From Octopus vulgaris (lineage: Eukaryota), in assembly GCA_951406725.2 (NCBI GenBank), contig OX597823.1, positions 32,674,001 through 32,738,000 on the forward strand: DNA of 64,000 nt. The letters run 5' to 3'. Made by a program: the position numbers and the translations under genes. The notes below the pieces were generated by a model. That model was not told the origin of the DNA, searched no databases, and saw only the letters and a program-made list of their open reading frames with translations. Each line of letters opens with the position of its first letter. Within the stretch, counting starts at the first letter, position 1. Below, one piece after another: positions 41,692 to 54,000 of this stretch.

Positions 41692-42090
41692 GGTGCAGGA
41701 GTGGCTATGTGGTAAGTAGCTTGTTTACCAACCACATGGTTCCGGGTTCAGTCCCACTGCGTGGCACCTTGGGCAAGTGTCTTCTACTATAGCCTTGAGC
41801 CGACCAAAGCCTTGTGAGTGGATTTGGTAGACGGAAACTGAAAGAAGCCCGTCGTATATATGTATATATATATATATGTGTGTGTGCATGTGTGTTTGTC
41901 CCCTTAGCATTGCTTGACAACCGATGCTGGTGTGTTTATGTCCCCGTCGCTTAGCGGTTCGGCAAAAGAGACCAATAGAATAAGTGCTGGGCTTACAAAG
42001 AATAAGTCCTGGGGTCAAGTTGCTCGATTAAAAAAAAGGCGGTGCTCCAGCATGGCCTCAGTCAAATGACTAAAACAAGTAAAAGAGTAA
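41692..42090 (+). mobile_element. tRNA-derived SINE family A, young copy (octopus OK/OR-like); more than 15 older or partial copies across the window
   Basis: A-box gtggctatgtgg, B-box gggttcagtccc, gcaccttgggcaagtgtcttc core, internal (TA)/(TG) tract, tail gactaaaacaagtaaaagag. Other copies near 290-425(-), 2160-2310, 8790-9200, 12435-12590, 16700-17120, 20820-21100, 40645-41050, 48400-48780, 61322-61485. Confidence 0.9.
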
Positions 42091-43950
42091 GGGATTAACT
42101 ATTAATGCAGACCAGATTTTTTTAGGCCTTATATCCAGTTTGTTTTTAAAGAAAGTTAACTCAAGCATTGGTCAATCTTGAGACTACTATCATCATCATC
42201 ATATTGTTTTATGCCTGCTTTTCATTGTTTGTATAATTTGATGAATTTCACCTTTCATCATGGTCTTTCACATCTGGAATACACAAGAGCAAAAAAATTC
42301 AACCATTTTTTGTTGTTTGTCAAGTTTTCATAATTTTGGTATGGATTTTATTCCATTCCTCTCACCAACCACTTTACTCTATTGACTGGTGGCACAAATG
42401 ATAATGTCTGCAGCAGGAATAGACTCATCACAACTCTGTGTCAATGTTTTGAATCAGTTATTGTTCTTCTAGGTGAGTTGCCTAAACTGAAAGTTCTGGA
42501 ATCCATGTCTCCTTTGTTGTTTTCCTTTTTATATTTTGCTTATCCTTTTTTTTTTTCTCCATTTCGGTGTATTTTATTGAGTTACATCTATTACTTCCCT
42601 TTCACAGCACAGAATGGCCACATTTCATCTAGAGAGACTCTCTGCCTGGATTAAAGCATCTCCTCTACTCTATATCATCTTAGTTATCAAAGATGAACCT
42701 TAGCTGCATATCTATTGGAGAATTGGTGTAAAGTTGTTTCCCTTACAGTAGTAGTCTGAGACTGTCTTTCGTACCAAGAGTGAATTATCATGTTAGCCCA
42801 TTGTTATCAGGATAGTGGGAAAGACAGGGAATACCACCATCTGGACAGAGTGGTATTGTTATCTCTTGTCTGATTGAATGTTGACACATGCCTACGTGAA
42901 GAAAGGAGAGAATAGAATAGAGAGATGATGATGATGATAATAATAATAATTGTTCTTTCTGTGCTAAAAGAAGCAAAAACCAAATGAGATATTAAAACTG
43001 AATTATTAAATTAAAACTCTTAACTTGCTTGAATAAATCATACTCTTGCATCTTTAACTTAAACTTAGATGCTCAGATACGCTTGTGATGATCTCACACG
43101 TTTTTAACTTGAAGAATTTTGCTCTATTTGAATTAACATTCGTGATTGTGTATAAAAAAAACTTGTATCAATGATAATAAAGAGACCTAGAGAGATACAA
43201 CTACTTCATAATCAAAATATACATTTTTCATCTGTTATTAGAGAAGCTGTCAGTTTCTATAACGATTGTCTTAAAGATCACTGAACCAGACATTTTCAGA
43301 AAATTCCCCCCAAATAGTGTTATTTTCTGCCTGCCATCATTGCTAAATAGGTATGCAGGTATTTTGAAAATACTTCACAGTGCAATGGTCATGCCCTGCA
43401 TTGTTGCAAGCTGCCCTTTGACAAGATTTAGCACCCATTCAGCAACCCTGCCTGGGATATGGTAAAGTCATGGGACTGCTGCTTGGTGAATTGTGAATCG
43501 CCAGAGGAAGAGTTCAACTGAGCCAATGGTGCTTCTTACATTGACACTGAACAGAGGAATCTTAGAAGATCAATGGTCAGAATCACCAAGCTCTATCAAG
43601 GGAGTAACTTCAATGCATTCATTGGGGTAGTGTCCATGGTTGTGTAATCAGCTAATAAACGATTCATTATGACCCAGCTTCCAAATCAAATAATAGAATT
43701 GGATGGCAACAGAGAGTCAGAGGAATCCATGCAAGCATTGGGACCAGATGGATCACTGGTAGGACATTCTGTCTAAAAAGATACTATTCTACATTTATCC
43801 TCATCATATTCTAAAGATGTAGTGTGTGTACTTGTTTTTTTACCCTAGGGGATGCTTATAGAAAAATCTCTATGAGAATTCACCTAAAACCATTGACATG
43901 AAAATGTGTAGAATTAAAGACCTAACAAATGTTTTATATATATATTAATA

Positions 43951-44230
43951 GAAATGGTAAGATAACAAAAGAATGAAAGAGACCTCGATATTATGTAAAT
44001 AGAGGAATTTATCTGTAAATATAATATGGGACAATTATTTGGTAGCAATGCTAAAACTCCAAGTTTCGGATGTCAGGGTGGAAACCCATGCCGCCATCTC
44101 TTCAGTTATCTGGCCATTTTTTTGATGACCGGATAACTGAAGAGATAGCGACGTGGGTTTCCGCCTCGACATCCAAAACGTGGAATTTTATCATGGCTAC
44201 CGAATAATTGTTACATATTATATATTTACA
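43951..44230. mobile_element. Penelope-type inverted pair (family P2) with a hammerhead motif in each arm
   Basis: Arms 44014-44116 and 44126-44230 are inverted, with a ~60-nt extra tail on the left. GATAA-CTGAAGA-GATG...CATC-C-GAAA-CTTGGAGTT-TTAGC on minus (44050-44110); plus copy 44132-44192. Sits in (TA)-rich DNA. Confidence 0.7.
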
Positions 44231-45461
44231 CATACATACACACATATACTCCTACACAGTGGCGGGCTGGCCAGGTTGCCATCTTACCAGATGGCAAGTG
44301 GACCCTTGTGCCATTAAAATCCATATATGGGGGCCCATGTTATTATTTAAGGGGCCCATTCCCTCAAGTTTGAGAATTTTTTATTCACTCCTGGAAGAAT
44401 GCATAAATTATTTCAGCCTGGCTGTGTTTGTAGACAGTTGAAAAGAATACTTTTAACAAAAAAAAAATTAAATGATAGCATTGTAGTTGTGGGTGGGTCC
44501 CTTTAGTCTTCTGGCAACCAATATTTTTAGAACAATTTCTGTCCCTTAATCACACCTTAACCTCTTGTCATCCAGCATAAAGCCACCCACCCCTATACTA
44601 TTCCCTCCTCTTCAGTTGAGTTGTCATGTTTTGCAAATTGTCATTAGGAAGAGCAAGTAGTCATGGAGACCCCATGCTAAAGCAGAATTTGGAGTGCTTG
44701 ACTAGCCACTGTTGAACCATCCAATCCATGCCAGCACAAAAAACAGATATTGAATGATGATGAATGACAAATGCTGGACACCAAAACATGCCACTACTTA
44801 TTACTATCCACCCCGTGTAAAATAAGACCTTTCACTCTTGACTCGTGAGAAATATGGCAATCACTATTGTTGTCTTATTTATTTCTCTCCTGGGTGCATT
44901 GGTGTTACTCAAATCCCTTAGTGCTCAGAAATCCCAATGCAGTGAATGATTTCACAACATTATTACTTTACTCTGCGGGTTTGTAAATATTTCAAAGATT
45001 ATGCTAAAATTTTCCCACCTCTTTCCTCATATTAATTAATAATTAATATTTCTATTAATTTATATCTATAAATGGTCCCTCTGCTATGTAATTAGAAGTT
45101 TTTCTCTTTAATTATCTCTCCATTGTTGCATTTCTCTTAGATTTTTTTAGTTAATTTTTTATCATTTTATTATCGGTTTGGTCTTGAAAGCACAATTGCT
45201 ATACCCCTGGCCTTTATAGGCCCTCCAAGACCAAATAATTGATGCTAATGACAGGCCTATTGATAACTGCTGAAGAGGTAAGTGTAGGGAGGGAATTAAT
45301 GAGGTAAGAGAAGGAGGAAGAGGAGGAAAGGCAAGTGAACCAGACGTGCCTGAACAGAGGAAATTCAAGGAGCAGAAGCAACTTTAGTAGCAGTTGAGAG
45401 AGAACTTACTACTTCAAATAGATTTGAGGTTGTAAGTCTTTCCAACCTACATCATGTTCAT

Positions 45462-45696
45462 TATTTACATTTGACGGATATTTACCCTCATCTTGTTTGT
45501 TGTTAACACAACGTTTCGGTTGATATACTCACCAGCTTTCATCAGGTGTCTTGGGGAAATTTCGACCCTGGGGTTCTCGTTCCTAAGGTAGTTTTTGATG
45601 TTATTATTATTATTATTATTCAGGTCACTGCCTGGAATCAAACTCAGAATCTTGGGGTTAGCAGCCCCCACTCTTAACCATTACACAATTTGCCCG
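45462..45696 (-). mobile_element. tRNA-headed SINE-like element carrying a hammerhead ribozyme
   Basis: Minus strand: tRNA-like head with A-box TTGTGTAATGG, anticodon arm GGGG-CTGCTAA-CCCC and B-box GAGTTTGATTCC; then an (AAT)n linker; then the hammerhead at 45506-45549. Confidence 0.75.
45506..45549 (-). ncRNA. Minimal type I hammerhead ribozyme motif
   Basis: ACAC-CTGATGA-AAGCTG(gtgagtatat)CAACC-GAAA-CGTT-GTGT: stem I ACAC/GTGT, intact core, imperfect stem II, palindromic stem III AACGTT. Confidence 0.75.
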
Positions 45697-45761
45697 TATA
45701 TGTATTTCTGTAGAGTGATGAACTGTGATACCAACTTGTTGAATCAGTTTCCAGCCAAGTA

Positions 45762-47011
45762 CAAGGGGTGTTCATTAAAGATTTCCCCTGACCCACTTTC
45801 CAAAGACAGGGATAAACAAAACTTGGCATAATTATTAGTCCTTCTCTATAAAGCCACCACCAATGGTGACACATTTCTCCCATCGCTTTATGCAGCTGTG
45901 AAGACCTCATCTGTAGAAGTTGGTAGGTTGTGTCTGGAGCCAAGACTTTATCTAGGAAATAGGTTCATCATCATCCAAAAAGTGCTCCCCCTTCAAAAAA
46001 GACTTCATGGTTGGAAAGAGGTGGAAGACAGATGGTGTAAGGTTGGGAGAGGAAGGGAGATGAGAAAAGATTTCATAGCTGCAGGAATGTGCTTTCATCT
46101 GGGCAACATGTGCATCGTGAACTGGGTGTTGTCTTGCAGAAGGCAGATTCCTTTGGCCTCTTTACTTTGATGGCACCCTACAATTTCTGCAGCAGAGAAG
46201 CATAATATGCCCCATTAAATGTTGTGCCCTTTGCCAGAAAATCCATCATCACTACTCCATGCTAGTCCCAAAAGACTGTGAGCATCACCTTGCCTGCTGA
46301 GGACTGGACACAAGCCTTCTTTGAAGGTGGTGAGTTGTCATGCTTCTATTGCTTCAACTGGACTTCAGTCTCAGGATCATATTGATGGATCCATGTTTCA
46401 TCCTGTACGATAAGTCTGCCGAAAAAGTCCTCCTCATTTTCTTGGCACATTGCCAAAATAGCTTGGGTGCAATTGACTCATTCCTGCTTCTGAAAAGGTG
46501 TGAGCATCCGGGGAATCCATCGTGCAGACAATTTCTGCATGTGCAAATGGTCATGAATGATTTTTTTCCCATGGACCCTATACTTATCTTCACTTCTTGG
46601 GCTAGTTGCCAAATAGTTATGCAGCGATCTTCCAAAATGGTGGCTTCTACTTTATGGATGGCATCGTCATCAATGGCAGAATGTGGTTGCCCAGGAATAG
46701 GAACAGTTTCCACTCTGCTTGACTATGTCATATGATGGTGCATCGTCACCATAAACTTCTTTCATCTTATCAAAAGTTCCTTTTGGTGTACAACCTTTCA
46801 AGTATAAGAACCTGATCACTGTTCTGCATTCAACTGTGTCCATTATAACACCTTAGACCATTTCAGTTGCAGTAAAAGACAAACAAGTACGAGTGGAAAG
46901 CTGCAATTTATAATGTAACATGTGGAGACATGTATGACTATATCTGTACAAGTTTTATTTCCTGCAATAACTGGAAGTGGGTCAGGAAAAATCTTAAAAG
47001 AACACCCCTCG
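45762..47011 (-). mobile_element. Full-length but decayed mariner transposon
   Basis: TIRs caaggggtgttcattaaagattt.cctgacccact / agtgggtcaggaaaaatcttaaaagaacacccctcg; TA TSDs; 1250 bp. Frameshifted transposase with EDRCITIWQLA, ARWIPRMLT, LQDN, SPNLTPSVFHLF and RWEKCVTIGGGFIEKD*. Confidence 0.93.
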
Positions 47012-49674
47012 TATATTGAAGAGTATAACACTAACAATTGGATAGATTTCATTGATTTTGATCTTTGTATCAAGCTCACTGCAAATAACTCTTAAAGTTT
47101 TCTTGAAGTATTCTTTTTTGACAGTTTACTCTTTCATTTCTTCATATTCTTCTTGGTTTTCCTTGTGAACTGCCTTGATATTTAGTAGTCCAGAGCTCAA
47201 GTCATTTCTAAAAGTAGTTTCCTAGCAAAAATAAAGAAAACACAAGAAATACATAAAACTGGCAGATTTTTAACATCAAATAATTCACCAATTATTTGAT
47301 GTTGCTATAACAACCTGTAATAAAGTTAGTGCTTTTGTTAATCTTGGAAGGGTCATAATGCTAATAATAAACACATGCACTGATTTTATTTTACTTTTAT
47401 TGTTATTAGTCAATTAATAATTTAACCAACTGTTTGATTAATCATTCAGTCAATCAATCAGTTAGGTTTGTCAAAGTTTGTTCATTGCCATTCCTAAGCC
47501 CTCCTGAAACAGATGAGCTCACGAATGGTGACAAAAGAACTGCGATAAATCTTGCTGATTGATTGACCGAATGATTAACCAAACAATTGATGAGTTAATT
47601 GGTTAAATGATTAACCAACTGATTTATAAAAATAAAGAAGCAAAATAAAACTTGTGCATGTGTTTATTATTGGCATAATGACCCTCCCATGATACAAAAA
47701 AATCTGTTTCAACACATAAGTTCATTTCAAGAATCTTGCAAGCCAAATACAAAAATGGAATGTTGATGTTAGAATCTTAGTCCTATAGAAACAAAACTAG
47801 TACAAAGACAACAAAACCAAATAATGAAAATCTAAAATCTAGATAAAGACTTCTCCTAGTAATGATCGACATTGTTGCTACTATTACTGGAGATATCTTT
47901 GTCATAAAGAAGATAGACCAGCTGACAATTCCTGATTGACAGACACTGCTGCTGCTTCTAACGTAGAGATAAACAGCTGATAACTCTAGCATTAGGTCAA
48001 TCAGTGCCAACACTAGTCCATTCTGTAGAAACAGTTCATAAATATCAAAATTCCATCTATGAACAGTTTGCTTATGATGATGATAATGATGTCCTGTGCA
48101 GTTTCTGATGTTTCTACTGGACATCATCATCATCGTTGTCATTATCATCTATGTTATTGGTACCATGTTATGATATCTATAACATAGCCAAAACTTATAT
48201 GTTAGGGGCTAGGCCTTGTCTTCAGAGTTAGAAACTACTTCAGCTCTGCACAATTTTTCCCCACACTGAGGTATTGTGTCTCGTTCAAAACTCTACAGTC
48301 ACTGTATCTTCTCAATTCTTTAATAGTTTCTTCTCTTCTGCATTGATAATCCATGTCCCTTCTGGTTCAACCATCCTTCCTCTTATTATCACTATTGTGG
48401 GCCTAGCTGTGTGGTTAAGAAGCTTGCTTCCCAATCATGTGGTTTCAAGTTCAGTCTCACAACATGACATCTTGGACAAAAGTTTTTTGTTATAGCTCTT
48501 GTCAACCAAAGTTTTGTGAGTGTATTTGGGTAGGTGGAAACTGAAAGAAGCCTATTGTGTGTGTACCATGTCTTTACATGATGGTTGTAAAACAAGTGTC
48601 CCCAGCATAGAAATGATGCTGCTCATTTTCAGTCTTCTATGAAAAACATGTCTGGCCATTCTTGGAAACAGCTGTAGTTTGGTGACAAGAAGGGCATGTG
48701 ACTGTGCAAAATCTGCCTCAATAAATTCTGTCTGACCCATGCAGGCATGCAAAAGTGGATGTTAAAACAATGATGGCGATGACAATGATACTAGTTTTGT
48801 GGAGGGTTTTTATTCCAGAAAGTCAATGACTCAGATTAAGTCTATCCGGATTTGAGCTAAGATTGTAAAGAGATACAAATACTGAAAGCTGTGTAACCAT
48901 TCTTAGACTATTTTGCTATTTCTGCCATTTTTCAGGCCTTTGTTATAAGTGCATAGGGCAATGGGTTTGGGTTGACAGAATCTGTGGTGTTGGCAAGGAA
49001 GTGGATTTACACAATTGGCAGAGTAGCAAGACAATGGATTGGACAGAATTGGTAGACAAGACAGTGGGTTGGCAGAAATTACACAATTTGTAGAAATCAA
49101 TAATTTCCTACATGAGCTGAGATGACTTTATAAAATGAAGGGAAAGTTTATCCAAATTAACTGTTGTATATTACGGTTGCTTAATTCATCGTTCCTGGGT
49201 GCATGGAAGGTAGTTGATTCTGGACAGGTTTGAATTAAAATGTTGAGGGATGAAGCTAAAGCTATTTACTTTTTACTTCATGATTTCTGCCAACTAACCA
49301 CCTTAATAACAATGATAATTAAAACAACAACTACTCTGATAATGAGAACATTAATGATGATAACTATGATGATGATAGTAATGGCTCCAAATAGTTTCTG
49401 ACACTAAAATAATTGAATGTAAAGTGAGAAGTTAGTAGTAAGTTGTCTTATTAGTTGCTGATAAAATGTTTTGACTGATTGCTTCTTTGTGAACCATGAA
49501 AGGTCTGAATTATTTACAAAATATCAATATAATTACCACATTGTAACATCAGTTGTGATCAACTAATTTCATATTCAATTATTCTTATTGACTAACTTTC
49601 TCTCGAAATCATATGCGTGTTTGTTTGGGTATATATACATATACATTATGCATGTAGATTTGTGCATATAAATA

Positions 49675-49758
<84 letters not shown>

Positions 49759-50218
49759 CATATATATATATATACATACACACACACACACACATAATGT
49801 ATATTTATGTTTTTGTGTGTATGTGTTTATATATTGTTTCACTGTTCTTTCTTGCATGCTTTTATATGGTACCATACCTGTATTAATATCAGTGGTGAAA
49901 ATGAATTATATGTTTGCATCTTCATAGTTTAACCAGCAACATTTCAGCCATATTTCTGGAAAAGAACAATTTATATTTTCTGAAAAATGATTCATTTTCC
50001 AGAAGGAAACTGTCCATGTTTATCAATTTAGAAAATACAATCTACTTGTATAATTATTATTTTCTCTTATAAAATGTTTTTAATTATTAAATGAGTATTT
50101 TTAAACTTTATTTTTCTGATGTTCTAGTTTTATTAGAAAATTGTACAAAACAAATAAGAACAGCTTCAAAAAGCACATCAAATTTCCTAGGTTACTTTTT
50201 TTCTGTTCTTTTCTTGAA

Positions 50219-50267
<49 letters not shown>

Positions 50268-50344
50268 GGGAATCTATTTGCAAATATTTTGTTTCCTTTT
50301 GTTGTTGTTGTAAAATACAATTTCTTATTTCTTTTGTTTGACAG

Positions 50345-50424
50345 TGTGCAATTTTGTGGTCCATGATAGATGTCTGAAAACAGTTGTCTCAGCCTGTTCA
50401 AGCATTGCCACAAATTTGATCAAA
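50345..50424 (+). CDS. DGKQ: Diacylglycerol kinase theta, internal exon (C-terminal half of C1A domain)
   Basis: Acceptor tttcttttgtttgacag, donor AAA|gtaagt. 80 nt, phase 1 in and phase 0 out. Translates (V)CNFVVHDRCLKTVVSACSSIATNLIK, matching the C-x4-H-x2-C-x7-C half of a C1 zinc finger and the DGK-theta C1A-C1B linker. Confidence 0.93.
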
Positions 50425-50659
50425 GTAAGTCTACTTTTTATTTACCATATTTGATGGCTTATAAGCCACACCTTTTTTCACCCCAAAATAGCTTTAAAAA
50501 TCCCTCTGCATCCAGTGCACACAATGTAGGCACAAAACTCACTCAAAACAGTATGTATGTTTACAAAATGTGTGTTGCCATCTGTTGGTGAACAATCACC
50601 TACAGTAGGTTTATATCGAATGTGGATGCAATAAATTCCTTATAATTACTGGTAATAAT

Positions 50660-51077
50660 GGATCTTTTCAGTTTGAACGGCAGTTTTTAACATAATTTCT
50701 AGGTAACTAAAAAATTTTAAACTTCATATACTGGTAGAATGTGTTCATAAAACATCTTATTCTCTTGGCCTTATTGAGAAAATTCTATAGTTTGTAAGAT
50801 ATTTGTTGTTTTTTTTTCTTCAATTTCTGCAATTTCAACCAATCACTGACGTCTATTGAGGTAAAAAAAACATTCTGTGCCGTATGAATATGTCCCTCGT
50901 TTAAGAAACAGATTGGGTTTATTTACATTTGTGAAGAAAAAAAGATACCCTTCCCCCTAACCCTAACTAACCCTAACACAGATTGAAATGCAATAGATCG
51001 ATACTAGGGTCATAATTATGGGTGACAATTTCATATGACACCGCTAGAAAAAACTGCCGTTCAAACCGAAAAGATCC
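50660..51077. mobile_element. MITE with 29-bp GG-initiated TIRs and 8-bp TSD (Merlin-like)
   Basis: GGATCTTTTCAGTTTGAACGGCAGTTTTT / AAAAACTGCCGTTCAAACCGAAAAGATCC (one mismatch); TSD gtaataat / gtaataac. Confidence 0.85.
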
Positions 51078-54000
51078 GTAATAACATAAAGTTACACAGG
51101 TAAGTGGAGGAATTTAAACATTATTTTAGTGGTAATTTATTTTACAAAAAGTATAGCCTAGGCTAGGGTGTGTCCTATGTTCTCGTGCATCTTAAAGGCC
51201 ATCAGATATGGTAGTCTCCACTAAGAGTAACCTTGCAACTATTTTACTGTTTATCATCACATTTTAAACTTTACAAGTGCCTCCACCACATCACCACTCC
51301 ATAACTCACAGTGTTTATCTTTTTGTCTTTTACTTGTTTCACTCATTGAACTGCAGCCATGCTGGAGCACTGCCTTGAAAGATTTTTAGTTGAATAAATA
51401 AACTTTAGTACTTTTTTTTGTTTTTTATTTTTCTTTTGAAGTCTGGTACTTTTCCAAACTGCCCAGTTACAGGGATGTAAACAAACCAGTACTGATTGTC
51501 AAATGGTTGGGAGACAAATACACACACACACACACACATATGTAATCATCATTTAAGAACTGTTGTCCATTCTGGCATGAGTTAAACGGTTTAACAGGAT
51601 CCAGTGAGCCATGGGGCTGCATCATGTCCCATGTCAGCTTTGGTATTGTTTCCTTAAGGGCGCTGAGCTGGTAGCAACATTAGCATGCCGGCCGAAATGC
51701 TTAGCGGTATTTCGTCTGCGTTACGTTGTGAGTTCAAATTCCGCCGAGGTCGACTTTGCCTTTCATCCTTTCGGGGTCGATAAATTAAGTACCAGTTACG
51801 CACTGGGGTCGATGTAATCGACTTAATACCTATGTCTGTCCTTGTTTGTCCCCTCTGTGTTTAGCCCCTTGTGGGTAATAAAGAAATAGGTTTCTAAGGC
51901 TGGATGTCCTTGCTAATGCCAACCACTTTACGCAGCGTACTGGATGCTTTTTGTTCAGCCAAGTAACTTTGCAAGACAGGAAAGGACAAGAAAAGGGAAG
52001 AGAAAAAATAGAGAAAGGGAAAGACTCTTTTGACTAGGGGGATTTGAGAGGGAGGAGAGGTAATTTTTATGCCAGGACCAAGTTGGTGTCTTGCTACAGA
52101 GAAAATACTGGGCTACTCCACATTCATATAAGGGTGGATGAGAGTCTCTGGGGAAAAAGGTAAGATGGTAGTGATGAGCAAAGCCTTCATGAAGCAAGAG
52201 ATGGTACAGGAGGGGAGGAGTGTTTTATCGAGGTGGGAGGAGAGAGTATCACATGGTTAGAGATTAATGTAGTAAAGAACAGAAGTGGAAATGCAGCTTC
52301 AAGGGAAATATCAGTTGGGCAGGGGCTAAGATGAGAAGAATAGAAATGGCTCAGGAATGATAGTTCATTGACCATATTAATTTATGATGCACTAGTTGGC
52401 TTAGAGCTATAAGAGAAGACATTACTGAACAGTGGGACTGAACCCAAAATCACATGATTGCAAAATAAGCTTCTTAACCACCTGGCCATGCCCTTTGTTC
52501 ATCTTTTGATGTTTTTGTTGTGGCAAGAGTCATTGACACCCCTAAGAGATTGGAAGAATGGACTAGCTGAACTCTTATTAAGAGTAGTGTATTGGTTGAG
52601 ACAGGACATTCAGTGGGAGTTGTTGAGGGGGTGTTTTGGAGTCTCGTGAAGTATATCGTGTAAACACATTGATTTTACCTCCACTTCATTAATTATATAT
52701 CCAACGTTTGTCTTGGATATTCATATCATATTTCTATTTAAACTTGCTGATACAAATCTACCTGAGACTGCCCTTGCTGCTTCTATGATAACAATTGCTA
52801 GTTTTAAAGTGACCTAAATTAACCTTTCATGTTAATTTATGTTTGAAATACTAGTTTAATAATGACTCAGTTATTTTATACCATCTTCATTATTTTCAAA
52901 AGTAATTGAAACAAAAGCAATGTATTTCAATAGAATTATGATAATGAAAGAGTTAAAACACAGAGCCTTTGTTACCATGAATTTTGAAAATAATGGAGTC
53001 TTTTGTTAAAATAACTTTACCATTATTAAATTGGTATTTAGAACATAAATTACTGTGAAATTTTGATAGAACCTTTATCTAATTTAGATCACTTTAAAAC
53101 AGGAAGTTAATGTCATAGAACCAAAAGTGATCTCAGATGGTTTGACATGAAAAAGGTTAACATCCATTACATACCATGAGAAGTTAGATATATCTGCAGC
53201 ACATAATATCTCATTCCTGTATCATGACTTCAGTCCATTATTTTTACCAGTTGTTCTCAATTTGTCGTCATTCTGTTTATCATCATTTAATGTCTGTTTT
53301 CCATGCGGGCATGGGTTGGATGGGTTGACAGGAGCTGGCCAGATGAAGAGCTGTCCAGGCTCCATGTCTGTTTTGACATGGTTCCTATGACTGGACGCCC
53401 GTCCCACTGCTTTACAGAGTGAACTGGGTGCTCTTATGCAACACAGGCACAGGTGCATTTCCATGGCACTGGGTGCTATTTATGTGACATCAGCACCCAC
53501 AAACACGCAAGATAAAGAACGCTCTGCTGGAGTGGGTTGCAGGGGACAAGCTTGTATGCAAAGACAATCATGTTTTTACTTATCTTAACATGTCTTTTCA
53601 AGCACAGCAAACTGCCAGGAGTTTCGGTCCTTCTGTAAGTCCCAACTTTTGTAGATCCTTTCTCACCACTTCATTCCATGTCTTCCTGGGTCTACCCCTT
53701 CCATATGCTCCCTATACAATTAGAGATCAGCACCTCTTGATGCAACTGTCTTCATTCATACACATTACATGACCCTACAAGCACAGTCTTCTCTCTTGCA
53801 TATTACATTTGATACCCTCTATATCCAGTTCTTTTCTCAAATCACTTACACCTGGTCATGTATGCACACTGATATTACCCATCCAGCAAAGCATACTGGC
53901 TTCATTCCTTTCAAGCCTTTGCATGTCCTCTGTAGTCGTAGCTCATGTCTTATTGCCATGTAGCAGAGCTTTTCTTACACAAGCATCATACAATCTGCCT

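Noticed and set aside
45622-45696. Functional tRNA-Ser(GCT) gene
   Set aside because: The acceptor stem pairs poorly, there is no long variable arm, the B-box is mutated, and it is joined to a repeat body. Treated as a SINE head.
49575-49927. Several overlapping ORFs with HT/YI/CV repeats (likewise 33275-33641 and 61312-61704)
   Set aside because: Artefacts of (TA)n and (TG)n microsatellites.
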